A stretch of 46,677 nucleotides of DNA from a virus (lineage: Duplodnaviria > Caudoviricetes): IMG/VR virus record IMGVR_UViG_3300025114_000005, positions 1-46,677 of that record, one strand, 5' to 3'. A model generated the notes under the pieces. It did not search any database. It was not told the DNA's origin and was given only the letters and a program-made list of their open reading frames with translations. Each line of letters begins with the position of its first letter. Position 1 is the stretch's first letter. The position numbers were made by a program, and so were the translations under genes. This document shows, piece after piece, positions 17,637 to 23,514 of the stretch.

Positions 17637-18336
17637 GTTTTTACGGAACAAAGACCTGATAGACCAGGCGTATCTCAATGAAGTTCATGTGATAGGAGCA
17701 GGGGGCATCGGTTCATCCGTTGTCCCCTTGCTGTCTATTATGGGATTTAAACATGTAGTCGTTTATGACCATGATAAATTAGAGGAACATAATTTATCAT
17801 CAAGTTTGTATCCCACAATGTTCTTAGATACGAACAAAGCTGAAGCAGCTGTCATACAAGCAAGAGAGTATAATCCAAACATTCATGCTGATAATTTTGG
17901 TGAATGGTGGAGTTATATGTGGGATGACAAAACTGGAATGGGAAATAAATATGACTTGAGAAAAGTTATAGTTTGTCCAGATAATATGGAAGTAAGGATA
18001 GATGCTTATAATGCATGGAAAGTGTATATAGAAAGCAACCCTTGTATTAGCAATACAGCATTCTTTATTGACATAAGAATGGACGCTTTGGCACTTGAAG
18101 TGATTACTGTAACTCCATATAATATGGATGCTTACGAGAATTACTGGAAGCCGTCAAAGGATATTGAAGATGCTCCGTGTACTATGAAGCATACAATATT
18201 TACTTCATCAATTTCAGCTGGTTTTGGAGTTAACCAAGTATTTAATGTACTTGGAAAGAGGCCTTTTAATGAGTATATTTGGATAGGTTTGGTGCCTTTA
18301 CAAATTAAGAAGAAAGGTCTTATTGTTCCTAAATAG
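17620..18336 (+). CDS. ThiF/E1-family Ubl-activating enzyme
   Basis: RFLRN arginine-finger region, VIGAGGIGS nucleotide loop, YDHDKLEEHNL, NKAEA, CPDN and APCT (Cys187, 18178-18180). GTG start after AGGAG. Confidence 0.92.
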   Translation: MDQPNRFLRNKDLIDQAYLNEVHVIGAGGIGSSVVPLLSIMGFKHVVVYDHDKLEEHNLSSSLYPTMFLDTNKAEAAVIQAREYNPNIHADNFGEWWSYMWDDKTGMGNKYDLRKVIVCPDNMEVRIDAYNAWKVYIESNPCISNTAFFIDIRMDALALEVITVTPYNMDAYENYWKPSKDIEDAPCTMKHTIFTSSISAGFGVNQVFNVLGKRPFNEYIWIGLVPLQIKKKGLIVPK

Positions 18337-18338
18337 AT

Positions 18339-18429
18339 ATAAAGCTGCGTGGCTGGTATTGTAATGACCCTGTTGTTATTATAATCAAATGAAACGGTAT
18401 GTTCCTCCTTTCTAGTCACGCAGATTTAT
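18339..18429 (+). promoter_or_regulatory. long intergenic stem-loop after E1 gene
   Basis: ATAAAGCTGCGTGGCTGG (18339-18356) pairs with CTAGTCACGCAGATTTAT (18412-18429). Inner hairpin ATTGTAATGAC/GTTATTATAAT. Confidence 0.65.
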
Positions 18430-18441
18430 AATTGGAGTAGT

Positions 18442-18666
18442 ATGAAAAAGAAAACTGGTCCGAAAGAACGATATCAATCAGATCAAAAATCTTATTATAT
18501 CAGAAATTGGAAATGGCCTTACAATGGTGAGAATGATCCATCATATATTAAGGATAAAAGAGAACTCTTTGAAAGAAATCAAAATGGATGGTTTGTTTAT
18601 TCAGGAGTTAAAGGTATTAAAATACCAAAAGAGTATCAGAGTAAAAATGATTGGAGGAATAGGTAA
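18442..18666 (+). CDS. hypothetical protein
   Basis: GGAG RBS; 74 aa, basic and aromatic; TAATG-coupled to the next gene. Confidence 0.65.
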   Translation: MKKKTGPKERYQSDQKSYYIRNWKWPYNGENDPSYIKDKRELFERNQNGWFVYSGVKGIKIPKEYQSKNDWRNR

Positions 18667-19052
18667 TGAAAACACCTACGGTAAACATTCATGGCAAAGA
18701 ATATGTAATGGTAAAGGACAGAATTGTTGCCTTTTACAATGCATATCCTTATGGTTGCATTAGAACAGAACTTGTTGACTACAAAGATGGTGATTGGATA
18801 GTAAAAGCATATTGTTTTACGAATCCAAACGAGCATCCTGAAACTTATTGTACAGGCCTCGCACATGAATCTCATGGGAGTAGTCAAATTAACCAGACTA
18901 GTGCTCTGGAAAACTGCGAAACTTCGGCTGTAGGCCGTTGTCTAGCGATGGCTGGCTTTGGGACTGAAGAGTCTATTGCGTCAGCTGAAGAGGTGAAAAA
19001 TGCTATTCATCAACAAGGGCATTCTACACCTAACAAGGCACTGGCTAGATAA
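18666..19052 (+). CDS. single-strand annealing protein (Rad52/Sak/ERF-like)
   Basis: IHGKEYVMVKDRI and SALENCETSAVGRCLAMAGFG. Sits upstream of the SSB-like and primase genes. Confidence 0.65.
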   Translation: MKTPTVNIHGKEYVMVKDRIVAFYNAYPYGCIRTELVDYKDGDWIVKAYCFTNPNEHPETYCTGLAHESHGSSQINQTSALENCETSAVGRCLAMAGFGTEESIASAEEVKNAIHQQGHSTPNKALAR

Positions 19053-19064
19053 GGAGGTGTCACT

Positions 19065-19793
19065 ATGGCACATTACAGACCACAAGCAACAGAAGGAGCA
19101 CGCTCATTTAAAAGCAAAGCTCCTTGGTTAGGTTATCAAAGTGCTTGTATTCGTGAATTTAGGGATAAAACCAGTGAGTATGACTGGGCTGACCTGTATC
19201 TGGAAATAGAACTCCAGACTGAAGGAAGTCAGTATCCCCAGAATATGAGAATATTTGGTAGCTTTGATAAAAATCCTGACGGTACCATTAAAAAGAATAC
19301 GCTTTTAAACAGAATTACGTATTTAGTAGATGCTACCGGCTGGAAAGGCGGCGTTGATAAGAATGGAAATTGGGTAGATGATGATGGTGAGATTACTGAT
19401 CTTGCTACAACATTAAATGCTCACTTTGCTGTTCCCAAAGACGTGGACCCTGAGTATAAATACTTAGTCTATGTTTACAAAGAATGGGTAGTAAACAAAG
19501 ACACGGGAGAAGGTAAAGCCTTCACCAGAGTAGATCCCCGGTTAACAGATAGTACTGATCATACGGCCGTTACTAAGTTTAAGGATTATATAAAATTCCT
19601 AAAAGCTAAGGGCATTATAAACGAGTACTTTCCACCGGATAATGATGATGAAGGACCATGGAATGCATCAGAAACAGTCGTTACTCCGGTAAATAGACGG
19701 CCTGTAGTAGTTACCGCATCTAAAGAATACGATAAACCTAGTATTAAAGATGCAACATCTAAGCAGGATAGACTCCCATTCTCATCTAGTTAA
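19065..19793 (+). CDS. putative ssDNA-binding/replication protein
   Basis: AAGGAGG RBS, a beta-rich aromatic core, and a disordered tail ending near LPF. Located between the SSAP and primase genes. Confidence 0.5.
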   Translation: MAHYRPQATEGARSFKSKAPWLGYQSACIREFRDKTSEYDWADLYLEIELQTEGSQYPQNMRIFGSFDKNPDGTIKKNTLLNRITYLVDATGWKGGVDKNGNWVDDDGEITDLATTLNAHFAVPKDVDPEYKYLVYVYKEWVVNKDTGEGKAFTRVDPRLTDSTDHTAVTKFKDYIKFLKAKGIINEYFPPDNDDEGPWNASETVVTPVNRRPVVVTASKEYDKPSIKDATSKQDRLPFSSS

Positions 19794-21620
19794 ATGTACT
19801 GTGAAATAGCCATAGGAGGCCCTCATAACAGAGGGCTTCTTATGGAACTCGGAAGAGATATTCATGAGTACATTCACAATGAAGGTGAGACTATGCCTAT
19901 TTACAGGTCAACATATGTCTATGATAATGAGGCAGTTGAATATGTAAAGGCAAACGGTACCTTAAAGAACTTCTTTGGCTCAAGGAGCATTGATGTTGTA
20001 CCTATCGACATTGATAGGAAAGACAACAGCGATGAACATACACTAGATATTGCTCGATCCATTGTAATGGATTTGGTTGATATGGGAGCCCCCGAAGAAG
20101 CAATAATGCCAATGTTCAGTGGTACCGGTTATCATATAATTGTAGATGCAGGAATATTTACATTTCCTGCAAAGTCCAAGGATTTACCATTCATCGTTAA
20201 AAGAACAATCCTTGGAATATGGGACGACCTTGATGCATCTATATATTCTAGAACAGGGATATACAGGCTTGAGCATACTCTGAATCAAAAGAGTTCTCTG
20301 TACAAGATTCCATTAACTCACAGTGAATTAAATAATATGGCAGCTGAGAGTATAAAGGAATATGCCAGGACAAGGTTTACTAACTTGGAAATGAACCATC
20401 TTGACATAATTGGTGAAGGGAATGGGGAATTAAAAAGCCATGTAACAACTAATATCCCAAGTGTAAGAGCATTTACTAATGTAACTGAACCTAGGAATGT
20501 CGTTCCTTGTGTTCAGGAAATGTATTCACAAGGACCAGAACATGGTCAGAGAAATGATTACATCTTAAGAATAGCATCACATTTCAGGAGAAATGGAATA
20601 CACTCTGATGCCACCAAGGCTGCATTGCTATGGTGGAATAAGAACTCCATGAAAGAAGAGATAGTACTAGATAAGGTAGAAAGTGTATACAATCGCGGGT
20701 ATAAGTACAGTTGTCATGATCCATTAATGGAAAAACATTGTAAACCACGATGCATTTACTATAAACATAAGGACTATCTTGTTGAAACATATAGTGCACG
20801 TGATATGCAAGAAGAGTTAGAGTATAGGCTCACTGCTGATTTTACTGGCAGGAAAATAGACTTAGCCAAATTATTTGGACTAGGAAACGTCGATACTGTA
20901 ATATATCCAGGCGAACTTGTTACCATATGCGGACCAACTGGTTCAAATAAAACAACATTAGCTCAGAATATTGCATTAGCATATCATGCCTTAGAAGATG
21001 TAATAGCCAAGGATGAACAAATATCTACATTATATCTTAGTCTTGAACTGTCAAGCTGGATGATGCACAGAAGGAATCTTCAGATTCTAACTGGACAGTC
21101 AAAAGAACAAATAGGTAGAAATGTAAAAGAAATGTTCAAATTTCATAAAAATGAACTTGATCATATTGTTGTCCAAACAGTTGCACCTACTATAAATCAG
21201 ATTGCTGATAAAATACGTGAATTGCAGCCTGCATGTGTAATTGTAGATTATATTGACCTTGTAGAACCCCCAAAAGGGATGAGAGGTGAATATGAGACTA
21301 TCAGGTACATATGTCATCAGCTATCCAGTTTAGCTGTAAACCTTGATATTATAATCATACAGATTAGTCAAACATCAAGGGAATATAGCAGGACAGAGAT
21401 ACTTGACCTGTATTCTGGGAAAGGAAGTGGAGCAATCGAAAATGCTTCAAGGAAGGTCATGATTCTTCAGGGAAATGCAAAGAGTCCTTACAAAACTATC
21501 AAGTTATTAAAGAACTCTGACGGTGACCTCTGGGAAATCGACCTTAAATGGCAACCATCATTTAGAATGAGGAGAACATACGATGGCGACAACGCAGGAG
21601 ATAGTCAAGCAGTTACTTGA
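19794..21620 (+). CDS. AEP primase(-polymerase)/DnaB-like SF4 helicase fusion
   Basis: AEP motifs PIDID and FSGTGYH. PriCT-like GQRNDYILRIA. Cys cluster YSC...HC...C. Walker A GPTGSNKTT, YLSLE, Walker B VIVDYIDL, ISQ and GSGAIE. Confidence 0.85.
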   Translation: MYCEIAIGGPHNRGLLMELGRDIHEYIHNEGETMPIYRSTYVYDNEAVEYVKANGTLKNFFGSRSIDVVPIDIDRKDNSDEHTLDIARSIVMDLVDMGAPEEAIMPMFSGTGYHIIVDAGIFTFPAKSKDLPFIVKRTILGIWDDLDASIYSRTGIYRLEHTLNQKSSLYKIPLTHSELNNMAAESIKEYARTRFTNLEMNHLDIIGEGNGELKSHVTTNIPSVRAFTNVTEPRNVVPCVQEMYSQGPEHGQRNDYILRIASHFRRNGIHSDATKAALLWWNKNSMKEEIVLDKVESVYNRGYKYSCHDPLMEKHCKPRCIYYKHKDYLVETYSARDMQEELEYRLTADFTGRKIDLAKLFGLGNVDTVIYPGELVTICGPTGSNKTTLAQNIALAYHALEDVIAKDEQISTLYLSLELSSWMMHRRNLQILTGQSKEQIGRNVKEMFKFHKNELDHIVVQTVAPTINQIADKIRELQPACVIVDYIDLVEPPKGMRGEYETIRYICHQLSSLAVNLDIIIIQISQTSREYSRTEILDLYSGKGSGAIENASRKVMILQGNAKSPYKTIKLLKNSDGDLWEIDLKWQPSFRMRRTYDGDNAGDSQAVT

Positions 21621-22110
21621 ACTGGAAGAAACCATAGAAGGTCAAGTAGAGTCTCAGCATGAACGTGATACAAGAAACACGCTTCAGTTAGAAATTCAAC
21701 AGAAAATTGAAAGTATAGATGAATTTCTAATAGAAGTAAGAAAGCGTGAATTTGTAATGGATGCTTCTATAGAGGCACTAAAAGAGGAAGAAGATCGGTT
21801 AAAAACAAGGAGAAGAGCACTTTCTCGAACAAAAGACTGGTTTAACCAGAAATTACTTCCTTTTGTAATTGAAAAGCTAGGAGATGAGGACGGAATTTGG
21901 GAAACTGATATTGCTAGATATAAGTTATATGAAACTTATGGAGAAGTAAAAGTTGACCAATCCCTTGTTGATGATAAATACAAGAAGGTTGAAGTCCGTG
22001 AATCTATTGACAAAAGTAAAGCAAGAAAAGATGCAATGAATGCTCATAAAAATGGAAAGTTAATAAAAGGACTTTCTATAGAACGTCTTAAAAGGGTAAG
22101 AAGATCATGA
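21583..22110 (+). CDS. Gp157/Gam-like coiled-coil protein
   Basis: IEALKEEEDRLKTRRRAL coiled coil, VDQSLVDDKY, SIDKSK, and C-terminal GKLIKGL. AGGAG RBS. Confidence 0.7.
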   Translation: MATTQEIVKQLLELEETIEGQVESQHERDTRNTLQLEIQQKIESIDEFLIEVRKREFVMDASIEALKEEEDRLKTRRRALSRTKDWFNQKLLPFVIEKLGDEDGIWETDIARYKLYETYGEVKVDQSLVDDKYKKVEVRESIDKSKARKDAMNAHKNGKLIKGLSIERLKRVRRS

Positions 22111-22310
22111 GTATACGTGACATTGTAAAATTTAATATATACAATGATCACGTAGAAAATATTAGCTTGAAAGGATATCAATTAACTTTATTCAACCTAA
22201 TATCTTGCGGGATTGAACTCGGAGAAGATGTTACAAATTCATACATTCATCTGATTATGTCAGCATGGAGAGCCTCAATAGCGGTTCAGTTTATGTTTAA
22301 TTGGAAATAA
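22107..22310 (+). CDS. hypothetical protein
   Basis: ATGA overlap; 67 aa, beta-rich. Confidence 0.55.
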   Translation: MSIRDIVKFNIYNDHVENISLKGYQLTLFNLISCGIELGEDVTNSYIHLIMSAWRASIAVQFMFNWK

Positions 22311-22366
22311 AGCCTTGGGGATATGCACTATCATCCTTACCTCGGATTAACCCTACCTATGCGGTT

Positions 22367-22825
22367 ATGATAAGTCCGTGTGTATCCCCAACTTTTAAGG
22401 GCAGCTTTAGAGAAAAGCTTGTTCCAATACATCGAACATATTGGAACCAGGCATACAAACGCTTGATGAGGAAAATATCAATCCTTAAAAGTAACCTTAG
22501 AAAGCGTTCTGAAGAGAACGATGTAATATTCAACATAACTTTAGATGAGTTAAAAGAATTATTTTTAGAAAACTACGGCAAAGAGTGCAAATATTGTGAA
22601 AAACAATTAAATATCAGGACAATAGCATGTGACCATATTATCCCCCTTTCAAAGGGAGGAGATTCTGTAATTGAAAATCTTCAGCTTATTTGCAAAACAT
22701 GTAATACACGTAAAGGTCCTCTTGATGAAGAAGATTACTTAAGTTTAATAGATTGGGTTAAAAAGCAAACTATGGAAGTAAGAGAATATATTATGAGGAA
22801 ATTGGCAAAAGGAGGAAGATACTAA
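22367..22825 (+). CDS. HNH endonuclease
   Basis: CKYC...DHIIPLSKGG...NLQLICKTCN..KG. Start uncertain (TTG 22301 or ATG 22367). Confidence 0.88.
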   Translation: MISPCVSPTFKGSFREKLVPIHRTYWNQAYKRLMRKISILKSNLRKRSEENDVIFNITLDELKELFLENYGKECKYCEKQLNIRTIACDHIIPLSKGGDSVIENLQLICKTCNTRKGPLDEEDYLSLIDWVKKQTMEVREYIMRKLAKGGRY

Positions 22826-23043
22826 TGGAAATGAAAAAAGTAACTTTAAATGACAGAGACTATGACAGGGTTATAAGAGCTCTTAAATGTTATAGAGTAG
22901 AATGTTATTCAAATGACGACATGCTTGAAATGGATAAAGTTACATCTTTTCTTGAAAGAATGGATAATAATGATATAGGAAAGGAAATCCAGAAGGCTCA
23001 AGGGACTATGGTTGCAGGGTGTAAAGGAAGTGACTGTGATTAA
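22825..23043 (+). CDS. hypothetical protein
   Basis: AGGAGG RBS, TAATG coupling, C-terminal CKGSDCD. Confidence 0.7.
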   Translation: MEMKKVTLNDRDYDRVIRALKCYRVECYSNDDMLEMDKVTSFLERMDNNDIGKEIQKAQGTMVAGCKGSDCD

Positions 23044-23222
23044 TCATTTTCAAATTTTTAGTAAAAATTGAAATTGAGATTTACAAGAATTTATTCATAA
23101 ATTCTATAGATGTATGCGGAGACTTTGTTGAAAATTAAACATAGCGGGGCATTCACTTTCCCGACCTTCCCTTCTCTGTATCTTTCCAGGTACAAAGGCA
23201 CCAAGGATGTTCCGCTTAAATT

Positions 23223-23429
23223 ATGGCAGTTAGCAAAAAGAGGTTGGCGCAGAAACATTGTTCCAACTGGAATAAAGGAATATGTAGTGGATTAATATTT
23301 AAGTTTACTCATGGGGAAGGTAAATCTATCACAACATATCATATAGACAAGAAAATGGCTGGCAAGGAATGTCAGCCAGATGGATGTCATTTCTATGACA
23401 CCATAGTATTACCAAGCATACCTAACTAA
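23223..23429 (+). CDS. small Cys-rich hypothetical protein
   Basis: 68 aa with four Cys (HCSNW, GIC, ECQPDGC), possibly zinc-binding. No clear RBS. Confidence 0.55.
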   Translation: MAVSKKRLAQKHCSNWNKGICSGLIFKFTHGEGKSITTYHIDKKMAGKECQPDGCHFYDTIVLPSIPN

Positions 23430-23462
23430 TATGCTACCTCCATAGTACTGAGTTAGGTACAG

Positions 23463-23508
23463 CATCAAGGGTGGATTATGAGGTTGTATCTCCTTACCAC
23501 CCTTGGTG
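23463..23508. terminator. hairpin at convergence of the two transcription arms
   Basis: CATCAAGGGTGG (23463-23474) pairs with CCACCCTTGGTG (23497-23508), between converging stop codons. No clear U-tract. Confidence 0.5.
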
Positions 23509-23514
23509 TAAAGT

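Noticed and set aside
14586-18336. Reading the Ubl and ThiF genes as thiamine/molybdopterin auxiliary metabolic genes (thiS/thiF, moaD/moeB)
   Set aside because: No ThiG, MoaE or sulfurtransferase is present, the Ubl lacks GG, E1 lacks zinc CxxC pairs, and an E2-like gene sits in the cassette.
14586-18336. Calling it a host defence island (Bil/CBASS) in a chromosome
   Set aside because: It is embedded in, and co-oriented with, phage early and replication genes. No CD-NTase, integrase or host genes are seen in the window.
22301-22825. HNH as part of a group I intron or intein
   Set aside because: The flanking genes are not two halves of one interrupted gene, and the local structure is too small for an intron core.
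23110-23295. 61-aa ORF overlapping the 23143-23216 stem
   Set aside because: No RBS, and it overlaps the more protein-like Cys-rich ORF at 23223.
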